This document shows, piece after piece, positions 17,028-33,890 of a stretch of DNA of 64,000 nucleotides. The DNA is from the human T2T-CHM13v2.0 reference genome, Homo sapiens. A program made the position numbers and the translations under genes. Below the pieces are notes generated by a model, which saw only the letters and a list, made by a program, of their open reading frames with translations, was not told the DNA's origin and ran no database searches. How positions within the stretch are numbered: position 1 is the stretch's first letter; each line of letters opens with the position of its first letter. Location of the stretch: the NCBI RefSeq assembly GCF_009914755.1, contig NC_060933.1; one strand, given 5' to 3'.

Positions 17028-17813
17028 TAAAGATATAGATTAAGGAAAATGGTTGGGAAAAATATATTAACACTAATCAAAAGAAAACTGAAATAGCTAT
17101 ATTAATTTCATACAAAACAGACTTCAGAACATGGGAAATTATCTGGGATAAAGAGGTACATTGCATGATAATAAAGATACCAATCTCCAAGAGGATATAC
17201 AAATGCTAAATGTGTATCTACCTAAAAATCAGAAAGTTAAAGTACATGAGACAAAAACCGATAGAATTAGGAAGAGAAAAAGAAAAGCCCATGATTATAG
17301 TTGAAGACTTTAACACCTACTATTCATGATTCACAGATCTGGCAGGCAATAAGTCAGTTTGCATATAGCTGAATTGAATGACACCATCAACCAAATGGTT
17401 CTAATGGACATTTGAAGAAAATTAATCCATCACCAAAATGCACATTCTCTTCAAGCTTACATGGGACATTCAGAAAAAATAGATCATATTCTGTACAATA
17501 AAATACAACTTAACAAAATTTTAAAAATATCATAAAATATGCTCTTAGGCCCCAATAGAATTAAACTAGAAATGAATAAGAAAAATAGCTAAGAAATCTC
17601 TAAGTAATTGTACATTAAACAGCACAATACTAGATAACATATGGGTCAAAGAGTAAGTATAAAGAAAAACGAAATATTTTGAACTAATGAAAAGGGAAAT
17701 ATACCATCAAAATTTGTAGGATGCAGCAAAAGTAGTGCTTAAAGGGAAATTTATAGCATCAAATGCATATATTAGAAAAGTGGAAGGATCTAAAATCATT
17801 GATCTATGCTTTT

Positions 17814-18134
17814 ATGGTCTCACTCATAGGTGGGAATTGAACAATGAGAACACATGGACACAGGAAGGGGAACATCACACTCCAGGGTCTGTTGTGGGGT
17901 AGGGGGAGAGGGGAGGGATAGCATTAGGAGATATACCTAATGCTAAATGATGAGTTAATGGGTGCAGCACACCAACATGGCACATGTATACATATGTAAC
18001 AAACCTGCACATTGTGCACATGTACCCTAAAACTTAAAGCATAATAATAATAATAATAAAAGAATTTTAAGAAAAAAAAAAAAAGAAAGAAACATCACTT
18101 AGAAATCTGAAAAAAAAAAAAAAAAAAAAAAAAA
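17814..18134 (+). mobile_element. 5'-truncated young L1PA (L1PA3-like) 3'UTR with a compound tail
   Basis: 'tctcactcataggtgggaattgaacaatgag...gctaaatga...gtaccctaaaacttaaag', followed by several A-tracts. Confidence 0.9.
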
Positions 18135-21100
18135 GAAAAGAAACTAGAGGAAGAAAAGCACCTAAACCTAAACCTAAAACAAGCAGAATAAAGTAAATAA
18201 TAAAAAAATAGAGCAGAAATCAATAAAATAAAATCAGGAAATCAATAGAGAAAGTCAAGAAAATCAAAAGTGGTCCATTAAAAAAAAAATCAGTGAACGC
18301 GATAAAGCTCTAGCCAAGCTAATGTAGAAAAATACCAGTGATGACAAAAATTATTCCTGTCAGACACACACACAAACATCATATTTCTACTGATCCCATG
18401 GACATTAAGAAGATAGTAAAGAAATATTATGAAGAACTCTTTGTCCACAAATTTGGTAATCTAGATGAAACAGGACAATTCTTTGAAAAAAAAAATCTAA
18501 CAAAGTTTACAAAAGGAAAGGTAAATTATCCTAATCGACCTGTATCTGTTAACAATTGAATCAATTATTAACAAGTTTCTAAAGAAGAAAGCATCAAGCC
18601 CAGATGATTTCACTGGTGAATTCTACAAAACATTTAAGGAAGAAATGACACCAATTCTCTACAACTGAAACAAAAAACCTTGAGACAGGAAAGAAGAAAT
18701 ACCTTAATCAAAAGAGTTGCCAAAATAGCAAATAAATAAAATTTAAAAATAAAAACATGACAATTGTTAAATAAATTCTAGAACATTTTTTTGAGAGAAG
18801 TGTGGCAGATGATATAAAAGTGATAAAACAATTAGCCATTAGCTAAGTTATTGAAGCATGAAAATAATGAAGGATAAAGCACAAATACACATAGCTTCAA
18901 TTAAAATTGAGAAAATTGTCTGAGGTAGAGATCAATGCAAATGTCTTTTAGGGGAAAATCTGCTAAATTAATATAATGGAAAATTAGAATTAAGACTAAA
19001 ACATTAATTTTATCAATAGTCTTTCTGAAAGACATGGTGGATATAAAATCAAAAACAAAAATAAAATTGCATTGGAAGAAATTTAAAAAGTTTTCCAAGA
19101 TCTACACAGTAATATGAAAAAGGATTCAGTGGCAGATGGCTTTGCAAGCAAATATGTTCAAAGCTTCATAAGCAGATAATTACAGTATAATTTATAACAT
19201 TTAATGGCATAGAAAACATAAATATTTCAGAACATATTTTATGTAATTAAAATTATCCGAAAACAAACTTTTAAAAAATAGCTCAAAAATTAAAATATTT
19301 TATAAAAATTAGTACATTTCTGAAGATATATATGTGAAGGTAATATGATGCTGTCCTAGAACCACCTATCGTATAGTTAAAATATAAATATAATATGAAA
19401 TTATAAATTGTATAAGTTATATAAACACTTCAAGTGAAAAAAAATTACAATTGGTGCCAAAAAGAATCTGATAAAATTGAGAATCTATTCTTAAGTGTAA
19501 AAGTCCATATTACAAAGGATTATATGGATATGCCCTTATCATATTAATAAATAATACATGTATAAATACCAAAAATATCAGTGTCAGACTGCAGATTCAT
19601 CTCCCTTAATATTCAGATTAAATTTCAAAACAAGATGATGAAAAATCCCACAATCACCATTAATATTTTAAGATTGCTTTTTCTGAATCAATTAATGATT
19701 GCAGCTGCTTAGTAGTTAATAATACTGGTACCCATGAAAGATCATGAAAATTCTAAGGATAAATAATTGCAAAGAGAAAAAACAGGATGACAACATAGCC
19801 AGTCATTTTTTAAGAAGTAGCACCCTTCCAGCAAAGTGCTATTTTATTTCAACTTGGTAGCTTGAATTTTTTTAGAGACTAGAATTAGCCTCATTTATTT
19901 ATGGAGTCATAGTCTAAGAGCTAGAGAAACTTTCTTTTGAAAAATACAATGATTCTTTTTGCCAAATCTCAGTTGCACCATCTGTGAATAACGAAAACAA
20001 TGCCAATGTAGAGCTCTGAGCAGTCAGAGAATTGGAGTATTTCCTTGCAGTCTGGTTCTGAAACTTCTTCCAGACATCCTTTGGGAATGAATGATACTAC
20101 CTGGCAGATGCCTGTGATCTCAGAAGTCTTCAACCTTGGAGCTGAATCATGCTGGCAAAGAATATAATCATCTAACTAAATGTCCAGAGGGAAAAGCTAG
20201 CTAGTTTTCTACACAATCCTCCCACATATCCATGAGGAATTCTTAGAGGAAAATGAGGCAGTAGGCATCTTTTGAATCTGCATGATAATAGAATAGTTAT
20301 GAAATATGTTTACTTTCTACTTATTTGTAAACCTCTGGCTCATTGATGAAGGAATAATTATACAAAATAGACAAATATGAAATAGCAAACTATTTTGCTT
20401 ATTAAGAAATTACAAGGTATAAATGCAGAGTTTAAAATTAATCTGTGATAGTAATGATCAAGTAGAGATATGTGATTTCATACAGTGATCTGTTATGCAA
20501 AGATCAATAAGACCACAGTCAACATGTATGATTATTAAACAAGTAGAGAGGTCCTTTTCAGAGTGGTAAAAATTATAAAGCTTTACTGACAAACCCATAG
20601 AAACATAAGTGATAAAAATGTATCACCAGGGAAAAATATACATTTCTAATTTTTTTAGAATTAACTATTGAATAAAATGGCAAATTTATGGTCAAAATAT
20701 TTAATCTATTATGGTAGACAGTCAATTTATTTGGGGATTGATAAATTCCTGATTTGTTTGTTACCCATATAATGAATATAAAACCATTTAATATTTAGGA
20801 AGAAATGAGGATTATAAAATATTTATCTGTAAATAATATTCATATATATTTAAAAATCTTTATTTTATTTAAAATGGTAAGAATAAATAGTAACAAGGCT
20901 TAGCCCTGTAGTCCCAGCTTCCAGGTCTAATTAACTGCCAAGCTGTCCCCTGAGGCCTCAGGTTAGAGACAGGCTCCAGTCAACACAGACTTTAGGCCTA
21001 CTTCTCCACCATGCTGATGTCTACAGCCCCAGACTCCAGGCTAGAACCTGCAGACCAAACTTCCAGGTCTGCAGAAGCACTAAAGCACCAACTATGCTGA

Positions 21101-21991
21101 CACTTGGACTCTGGCTTTCTGCTAGCTCTCACAGACCCAGGTTCCAAGCCCATCCCATTGCCACACCAGCCCCGGCCTCCAAGGTAGTTCCCACGTCCCC
21201 CAGCTTTAGCAGATCCAGGGTGCACATCCATCCTTGTGTACTCAGGCACTAGTCCACACTGCCCAAGGACTTCAGCAGCAAGTCTGCCTACAGATTCTTC
21301 CAGACAGTCTGCCCAGAATCTCTGGGCAGGCACCTGAATATATGAAGCAAATACTAACGGAACTGAAGGAAGAAATAGACAGCAGTGTAATAATAGTAGG
21401 GGTCTGCAATAAACCACCTTCTATAAGGGAGATATCATCCAGACAAAAGCAATCAGTAGAGAAACAGTTAACTGGTACAACACTACACACCACAAGAACC
21501 TAACAGACATATATAAAACATTCCATCCATCAGCAGCCCCATACATGTTCTTTTAAGGGCACACAGAATATTCTCCAGGATAGACTATATATTAGATCAC
21601 TAAACAAGTCTTAATAAATTTAAGAAGATTGAAATCATGTCAATTCTTGTTTTTATTGACAACAGCATGAATTAACTAGAAAACAATAACAGGAAGAAAA
21701 TTGAAAAATTCACAACTTTGTGTAAATTAAACAGTATAATCCTGAATAACAAATGCATCAAAGAAATCAAGAAGAAACTCAAAAAATATCTTGAGGCAGA
21801 TGAAAATGGAAACACGACATGCCAAAACTTATGCGATACAGATAAAAACAGGACTAAGAGGAAAGTTTATACTGGAAAATAATGCCCACATTAAGAAAAA
21901 AACCTTAAATAACCAAACAAACTTTGCAACTCAAGAAACTTGAAAAAGAAAAATAAACTAAGCACAAAGTCAGCAGAGGAAAGGAAATAAA

Positions 21992-24168
21992 AAATAGGAA
22001 CATGTTTACACTGTTCGTAGGACTGTAAACTAGTTCAACCATTGTGGAAGACAGTGTGGCGATTCCTCAAGGATCTAGAAATAGAAATACCATTTGACCC
22101 AGCCATCCCATTACTGGGTATATACCCAAATTGTGTCCGGAATTGGTGGGTTCTTGGTCTCACTGACTTCAAGAATGAAACCACGGATCCTCGCGGTGAG
22201 TGTTACAGCTCTTAAGGTGGCGCGTCTGGAGTTTGTTCCTTCTGATGTTCGAATGTGTTTGGAGTTTCTTCCTTCTGGTGGGTTCGTGGTCTCGCTGGCT
22301 CAGGAGTGAAGCTGCAGACCTTCACGGTGAGTGTTACAGCTCTTAGGGTGGCGCGTCTGGAGTTTGTTCCTTCTGATGTTCGGATGTGTTTGGAGTTTCT
22401 TCCTTCTGGTGGGTTCGTGGTCTCGCTGGCTCAGGAGTGAAGCTGCAGACCTTCGAGGTGAGTGTTACAGCTCCTAAGGCGGCACATCTGGAGTTGTTTT
22501 TTCCTCCCGGTGGGCTTGTGGTCTCTCTGGCTTTAGGAATGAAGCTGCAGACCTTCGCAGTGAGTGTTATAGCTCATAAAAGCAGTGTGGACCCAAAGAG
22601 TGAGCAGTAGCAAGATTTATTGCAAAGAGCGAAAGAACAAAGCTTCCACAGTGTGGAAGGGGACTCGAGCGCGTTGCCACTGCTGGCGTGGGTTGCCACT
22701 GCTGGTGCCAGCAGCCTGCTTTTATTCTCTTATCTGGCCCCACCCACATCCTGCTGATTGGTAGAGCTGAGTGGTCTGTTTTGGCAGGGTGCTGATTAGT
22801 GCATTTACAATCTCTGAGCTAGACACAAAGGTTCTCCATGTCCCCACCAGATTAGCTAGATACAGAGTGTCCACACAAAGGTTCTCCAAGGCCCCACCAG
22901 AGTAGCTAGATACAGACTGTCGACTGGTGCATTCACAAACCCTGACCTAGACACAGGGTGCTGATTGGTGTGTTTACAAACCTTGAGCTAGATACAGAGT
23001 GCCGATTGGTGTATTTACAATCTCTGAGCTAGACATAAAGATTCTCCACCTCCCCACCAGACTCAGGAGCCCAGCTGGCTTCACCCAGTGGATCCCATAC
23101 CAGGGCTGCAGGTGGAGCTGCCTGCCAGTCCCACGCTGTGCGCCCGCACTCCTCAGCCCTTGGGTGGTCGATGGGACTGGGCGCCATGGAGCAGGGGGCT
23201 GCGCTCATCTGGGAGGCTCCAGCTGCACAGGAGCCCATGGAGGGGGTGGGAGGCTCAGGCATGGCGGGCTGCAGGTCCAGAGCCCTGCCCGGGGGGAAGG
23301 CAGCTAAGGCCCGGTGAGAAATTGAGCATAGCAGTTGCTGGCCCAGGTGCTAAGTCCCTCACTGCCCAGGGCGGTGGGGCCTGCCAGCCGCTCCAAGCGC
23401 GGGTTCCGCCGAGCCCACGCCCACCCGGAACTCACGCTGGCCGGCAAGCACCGCAAGCAGCCCCGGTTCCGCCCGCGCCTCTCCCTCCACACCTCCCTGC
23501 AAGCTGAGGGAGCCGGCTCCGGCCTTGGCCAGCCCAGAAAGGGGCTCCCACAGTGCAGCGGTGGGCTGAAGGGCTCCTCAAGTGCGGCCAAAGTAGGAGC
23601 CCAGGCAGAGGAGGGGCTGAGAGCGAGCGAGGGCTGTGAGGACAGCCAGCACGCTGTCACCTCTCAAAAGGATTATAAATCATGCTGCTATAAAGACACA
23701 TGCACACGTATGTTTATTGTGGCACTATTCACAATAGCAAAGACTTGGAACCAACTCAAATGTCCATCAATAATAGACTGGATTAAGAAAATGTGGCCCA
23801 TATAACACCATGGAATACTGTGCAGACATAAAAAGGATGAGTTCATGTCCTTTGCAGGGACTTGGATGAAGCTAGAAACCATCATTCTGAGCAAACTATC
23901 ACAAGGACAGAAAACCAAACACCACATGTTCTCACTCATAGGTGGGAACTGAACAATGAGAACACTTGGACACAGGATGGGGAACATCACACACCGGGGC
24001 CTGTGGTGGGGTGGGGGAAGGGGGAGGGATAGCATGAGGAGATATACCTAATGTAAATGACGAGTTAATGGGTGCAGCACACCAACATGGCACATGTATA
24101 CATATGTAACAAACCTGCACGTTGTACACATGTACCCTAGAACTTAAAGTATAATAATAATATAAAAA
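21992..24168 (+). mobile_element. 5'-truncated L1PA5/6-like element split by LTR12C
   Basis: L1 sequence 'gggtatatacccaaa | ggattataaatcatgctgctataaagacac' is contiguous across the LTR; complete L1PA 3'UTR. Confidence 0.9.
22132..23666 (-). mobile_element. LTR12C (HERV9) solo LTR
   Basis: Minus strand starts TGAGAGGTGACAGCGTGCTGGC and ends CCAATTCCGGACACA. CCAAT/GATA-type U3 repeats at about 22750-23040, TATA-like AGAATAAAAG near 22725, U5 repeats. 4-bp TSD aaat/aaag. Confidence 0.95.
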
Positions 24169-24632
24169 GACTGGATCACAAGCAAATGAAATAGAGACTG
24201 CAAAAACAATGAAAAAGATAAATGAAACTAAGAATTGTTTTTGGAAAGATAAAACTGACCAAATTTTATCTAGACTAAGAAAAGGAGAGAAGACTCAAAC
24301 AGCACACCAACGTGGCACATGTATACATATGTAACAAACCTGCATGTTGTGCACATGTACCCTAGAACTTAAAGTATAATAATAATAATAATAATAATAA
24401 AAAGATTGGATCACAATTAAATGAAATAGAGACTAGAAAAACAATGAAAAAGATAAACGAAACTAAGAATTGTTTTTGGAAAGATAAAACTGACCAAATT
24501 TTATCTAGACTAAGAAAAAGAGAGAAGACTCAAACAGCACACCAACATAGCACATGTATACATATGTAAAAAACCTGCACGTTGTGCACATGTACCCTAG
24601 AACTTAAAGTATAATAATAATAATTAAAAAAA
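24075..24632 (+). repeat. Tandem array: L1PA tail - X - tail - X - tail (unit about 225-235 bp)
   Basis: 'cagcacaccaac...gaacttaaagtataataat' at 24075, 24300 and 24535; 131-bp spacer X at 24169-24299 and 24404-24534. Confidence 0.92.
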
Positions 24633-25894
24633 AGAAAATTGTAAATGGAAGAGGGGACATTAAACTGATACCAAGAAATACAAAGGATCATACATAAGTG
24701 ACTACGATAAAAAATTATATGCCAACAAATTGGATAACCTAGAAGAAATGGATAAATTTTTGGAAACATACAACCTACCAAAATTGAATCACGAATAGAA
24801 AATCTGAGCAGTCTAAGGATTAAGGAGAAAAAACCCTAGGACCTAATGTCTTCACTGCTGAATTCTGCCTAACATTTAAGGAAGAATTAATGCTAATCCT
24901 TCTTATAGTCTTCCAAATAACTGAAAAGGAAGGAACACTTCCAAATTTATTTCATGAGGCCAGCATTATGCAAAACCAGACAAGCCCACTAAAGAATTAC
25001 AGGCACTATTGCTGCAGAACATAGCTGCAAAAATCTTCAACAGAATTCTTGAAAACCAAACTGCAGATATTAACAGGATCATACCTCATGATCAAGTGGT
25101 ATTTATCCCTGGGATGCATGGATGGCTCAACATATGCAAATCAAGAAATGTGCTGCACCACATTAACAGAATGAACGATAAAAATGATGTGATTATCTCA
25201 ATAGGTGGTTTTTCATGAAAAATTCAAAGGAATAGATTTTAAGACTTCAAACAATTTTGTTGTCCTTTTGAAAGGGAAAAAAGGGTATAGAACAACCAAG
25301 AGAAATTTTAAGAGACTGTAACAATGGGGTAATGAGGTATTGTTTATTTTAGAAATATAAAAATTTTAGACCACAATAAAAGGAGAGAAACAGTTCTGAG
25401 TATAGGTGAAATGTAGTATTGGATACATTTATAATTTTTAATTAGTGGGAAAATTATGAAGTATTTCCAAAATGCTTTTGAAATAATTTATCATCCTTTA
25501 GTTGAAAAAGTTCTTATATCTTTATTTCAATATAAATGCCAAAAAAGTGTGGAATGGAATAATTTCTTAAGATGAAAAGAAAACCTTGAAACCATTTAAA
25601 AAGACAACATTTTAAAAGTTGTATGTATGTCATAAAACCTATGCTAAACCATGAAGGAAAATGTTTCCATGATCTTGTTTAATAATATAAATGTCTACAC
25701 TTCAACACAACCTCTAATTTTATTATAATACAACACATGTGCCAAACAGCATTTATTGACTTTATGATATATAAATAACTAAGAAAATGTATACGAAAAA
25801 TGAGCATCCATAAATAAGTAATATAAGCAATTAACTAACAAAATTATTTGTATATATGTATTTATATTATTAAATACAAATGAAAATATATCAT

Positions 25895-29100
<3,206 letters not shown>

Positions 29101-29500
29101 GTAATAGTTAATTTGCTAGGGCTGCTATAACAAAATACCACAGCATGGTGACTTAAAAAAACAGAATTTATTTTATTATAATTCTGGATGCTAGAGGTCT
29201 GAGGGCAGGGTGTTGGCAGTTTTGATGTCTCCTGGGGTCTCTGTTTGGCTTGCAGATGACCACCTGCTCATTGTGTCCTAACATGACCTTTCATCTGGAT
29301 GCAGGCACCTTCATGTCTCCCTGTGTGTCCAAATTTCCTCCCTTTTTAAGGATACCAGTCAGATTCGATTTGTGCCCAACCTAATGGCTTCATTTCAAAT
29401 TAACCTGCACTTTGAAGAGCTTATCCCTAAACATAGTCACATTTTGAGCTACTGAGGGTTAGGACTTTAATATGTGAATTTTGGGGAGATATAATTCAGC
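29101..29500 (-). mobile_element. MLT1 (ERVL-MaLR) solo LTR
   Basis: 'tttgctagggctgctataacaaaataccaca...gttaggactttaatatgtgaattttggggagatataattcagcc'. Confidence 0.8.
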
Positions 29501-29597
29501 CTTGGTCTCTGTGGCTATAAGACAAAGAACCTCGGGTGTCACCCTAGATAATGAGGTTGCTTGACTTTAAGAAAAAAATTCCACTTATAGAGTATAC

Positions 29598-30352
29598 CTT
29601 TATTTTTAATTTTTGTGGGTACATATTCTGTGTATATATCTATGGGGTACTATGTGGTACATGTGATGTTTTGATGCAAGTATGCAATGTGAAATAATCA
29701 CATCATGGAGAATGGGGTATCCATCCTCTCAAGCACTTACTTTTTTGATACAAACAATACAGTTATGCTTTTTAGTTATTTTTAAATATACAATTAAATT
29801 ATTATTGACTATGGTCACTCTATTGTGCTATCAAATAGTAGGACTTGTTTGTTCTTTCTATTATTTTTAACTCATTAAACATCCACACCTCCCCCTTCAC
29901 GCTCTGTCCCTCCATGACTCTTCTCAGCCTCTGGTAACCATCCTTCTACTGTCTATGTCCATGAGTTCACTTGTTTTGATTTTTAGATCCCACAAATATG
30001 TGAGAACGTGTGATGTTTGTCTTTCTGTGCCTGGCTTATTTCACTTTATATAATGATCTCACATTACATCCATGTTGTTGCAAATAACTGGATCTCTTTT
30101 TTTATGACTGAATAGTACTTCATTGTGTATTGTACCACACTTTCTTTATCCATTCATCTGTTGATGGACACTTAGGTTGCTTCCAAATCTTAGTTATTGT
30201 GAACAGTGATGCATGAAATATGGGAGTGCAGGTATCTCTTCTATACACTGATTTCCTTTCTTTTGGGTATACAACCAATGGTTGTATTGCTGGATCATAT
30301 GGTAGCTCTATTTTTAGTTTTGTGAGGAACCTCCAAACTGTTCTTCATAGTG
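29598..30352 (-). mobile_element. L1MA2/3-like 3' end
   Basis: 'tttttgtgggtacata...aataatcacatcatggagaatggggtatccatcc...gaggaacctccaaactgttct'. Confidence 0.85.
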
Positions 30353-30893
30353 GAGAATGCATGGAATGCAACTTTATGTAATAATATATCTATACAAAGA
30401 AATGTGCATAAAGAACCACTCTATACATATATTAATATTAGAAGATTGAAGGCAATCTTAATGCCTACAGCAAATAATTAGTTTACATAATTTATTCATA
30501 ATCCATTGGGCTAGGCTCTATACAGCCTTTAAAACCAGATTGGAAGAGAATACTTACTGATTCATGAAAAGGATGTGTAAAAAATTCTAGTTAATAAACA
30601 ATGAGAAGTTATAAGATATCATATATGTATATGCATTTCTTTCTGTAGTGGGGGTAAGATGGATTTCTGTTGTGTTGGTGGTACACTTTTATATTTATTT
30701 TTCCTTCTATTTTTGTATTTCCACATTTGCTTTACAGAACAAATATCACTTTAATTCAAAAATAACCATATTATCAACAGGGGAATATGAAAGAGAATAA
30801 GCAATGAAAAATTATTTACATCATTCTCGTCAAATATTTCCTACTAAACAAACAATTCAGTATCGACAGATATTATAAGAAAATAGCATTCAA

Positions 30894-31200
<307 letters not shown>

Positions 31201-31489
31201 CTAAGTCTTGCTTTATATATAGCCATAACATAAAATGTACAGAAATTTGCAAATATCACAAGCAAATATCAGAATACTTTAAAAACTTCAGAATATTTTC
31301 CATTGCCTGCTTTTTGGTAGGCTCATTAGGCAGAAATCATTAAAACATTTGTTCCATATTGCAACATGGTTTTTAAAAACACAAAATTAAATGTAAAATC
31401 AAGAATGGCCAGCCAATTTTATTCTCCTTTCTATCCCCTTTCTTCTCATTTATCTGCTCATACTGAATTAATCTAGGACTTTTTAAATC

Positions 31490-31955
31490 TTATACAACTT
31501 TAAAATTGAGATATAACTATTATACCATAGAAATCACCATTTTAAGGTGGATAATTCAGTGGTTTATAGTAAATTAACAAACTTGTGCAACCATCACCCA
31601 TCTAATTCCCAAACATTTTCATCAACTTCCCAAAAACTCTCTGTATCCATAAGCAGTCATTTTTCACCCCCAGTCCCTGGAAACCAATAGTAGGCTTATT
31701 CTTTACAGATTTGCCTATTTGGAACATTTCCTATAAAATGGAATTATGCAATATGTGGCCTTCTATGTCTGGCTTCATTCACTTAACATAATGTTTTCAA
31801 TGTTTATTCATATTGTAGCATGTATTAGTATTAATTCATTTTTATATCTGAATAATATTCCATTGTATGGATATACCACATTTATTTAGTCATTTATCAG
31901 TTGACGAATATTTTTGTTGGTTCAAGTATTTAGCTGTTATGAATAACGCAACTAC
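31490..31955 (-). mobile_element. Old L1M (L1MB/ME) 3' end
   Basis: 'aattgagatataac...ttgtgcaaccatcacc...gatttgcctatttggaacatttcctataaaatggaattatgcaatatgtggcc'. Confidence 0.8.
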
Positions 31956-33890
31956 CATAAAAAAGAGAAAAAATAGCATTTTCTATTTCATGTGTCTCAA
32001 GACACACGTGAACACACTGATGTCTGTTGGTAGTTTGAGAATACATTAAATTTAGAGATATACTTTGCAAAAATTAACATCTTCACAGTGTTGAAACTTA
32101 CATGATCTTTTCTGTCTCTTTTCCACAGCTATTCTACTTCTGATGTTTTTGCTTTGATAACACAGTTTGTTAGCTGAGTTTTACACTCTACTATTTTTTT
32201 CTCAATATGGAAACACGTGAGTTGCAATATTTCCAAATGCTGTCTCACAGTCTTGACACTTGGAAAATTTGATTGAGAATAATGTTCATATACCCTTTCC
32301 TCATACATTTTTAAACCTGGCTTTATTGGTTTCCAGAATTAATTGTTCATGAATGTATTTCTGATAATCCCGTTGTTATACAAGTTTCTCATTCTGCTGG
32401 ATGCCTGTACAATTCTTTCTTAATGATTCACATTCGATAATGATGCCACTTCAAAACTGACTCAAGGGCAGTTATTCCTGGGCAATATTCATATTTACAT
32501 CATTTGATCTGTAAGGTTGACTTCTCTTGTCTTTCATAAGAATTTTCCTAGAACATCTCTTTTTAACACTTTATTTTATTGTTACACTTTCCACTTAGAT
32601 AAAATCTATTATTCTCATGTCGATAACACCTATATATCTCTTGTAGTATTTTCTTCCTTACTTTAATTGATACTTTTTCCCCATCTTTCATTGTGATGAG
32701 ATCAGTGCCTATCACTGTAACCTGTCACTGTTTTCAGTGAACACCTGTTGATTTCTGTTCTCCTCTTGTTCTTAGGTCCCTTGGGGGCTGGTGGCAGTCC
32801 TCTGCTTCTTCTCACATGGACATGTGCATGGCTTGTGAGTACTGGTACTTTTTTCTATAGTTGTATTTTGGAAACTCATAGTCCTGTTGTGATTGATTTA
32901 ATCTAATTCCCTTTCTTTAAGTAGGAAATCATTTTTTTTCTTCTCTATGGAAAAATTATCCTGTTTACTTGGTTAAACAGAAATAAAATAAGCAGCACAG
33001 GAACAATTTTAAAATCCAAAGAGACACCAACTTTGTTTTAAGGCTGTAGTAGCTGATACAGCATCTGCTCGCTACCTTCTTCAGCCTTCTCTGTGAACGG
33101 CAGTGACGTGGTCAGAAGTCTGTTAGCTAACACAGGAGTATTTAAAAAAAAAAAAAAAAACACAACACTTTTCCATTGATTGTTCACCTGCTCCTTGCCT
33201 GTCACATGTCAAATGTGGCCCGCAATGGTAACATTTCAGATTCAAGTGAAAGCCAAAAGAGAAAAACAAACTAAAACCAACTTTTGCCTAAAGGTTTGGG
33301 GGAAAATCTTCCTTCCACCCATTCACTGAATTGATGGGATTAACATTATTACAGCAATTTCCTATTTACAAGTGTCAAAGGCAGTCAGTACAATGGAAAC
33401 AAGTACGAGGGAACTTAGCACACACAAAAACAGAAATATGTCAGTCAACAGGGCAGACTGGCTTGTAGCACGGTTGCTGTGTCCAAGGAGAGTTAATCTG
33501 ATAGTGCATGTTCCCTCTTATCTTGACTGTCTTGGACAACTACAAATTAGGAGATTTAGTCATTTTAACATGAGGCCACATGCCCATTTTAATACTCCTA
33601 ATTCTGTGCTTACTTTTCTTAAATAGAAAAAATAAAAATTCAGCTGGGTCATTGTTCTACAGTTAAAAATGAAAGCATTTTGCTGACTGGGCTTGAGAGC
33701 TAATGATCAGTATTAAGCAAGATTCATAAAAATATACTTACAACCGTCCCACTCACCCAAGTATACCTAACAGGCTATTTAAAAATAACACTCCTTACTC
33801 ACCCACCTCACCTGCATTGATTTTAGGAGAAAAGGGGTACAGAAAGAAAGATATCTTATCACCCTAAAAACAAAAATAAAAAAGAAATGT

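Larger units (their letters stand above)
20900..25200 (+). mobile_element. Old L1M (GC-richer 5'-region piece plus ORF2), hosting the L1PA/LTR12C nest
   Basis: ORF2-like translation APEYMKQILTELKEEIDSSVIIVG; sequence resumes after the inserts (HDQVVFIPGMHGWLNICKS). Confidence 0.75.

Noticed and set aside
20900-21335. GC-richer island with a 139-aa antisense ORF
   Set aside because: It is CpG-poor and runs directly into L1M ORF2; it resembles an old L1 5' region rather than a gene promoter.
22193-23050. Regularly spaced direct repeats that superficially resemble a CRISPR array
   Set aside because: They are the known U5 and U3 subrepeats of LTR12C; there are no unique spacers or cas genes, and the DNA is primate.
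23335-23805. 156-aa ORF fusing antisense LTR12C in frame to the L1 ORF2 C-terminus
   Set aside because: Non-ATG start, GC-rich stop-poor sequence, and opposite to the LTR promoter direction; consistent with chance.
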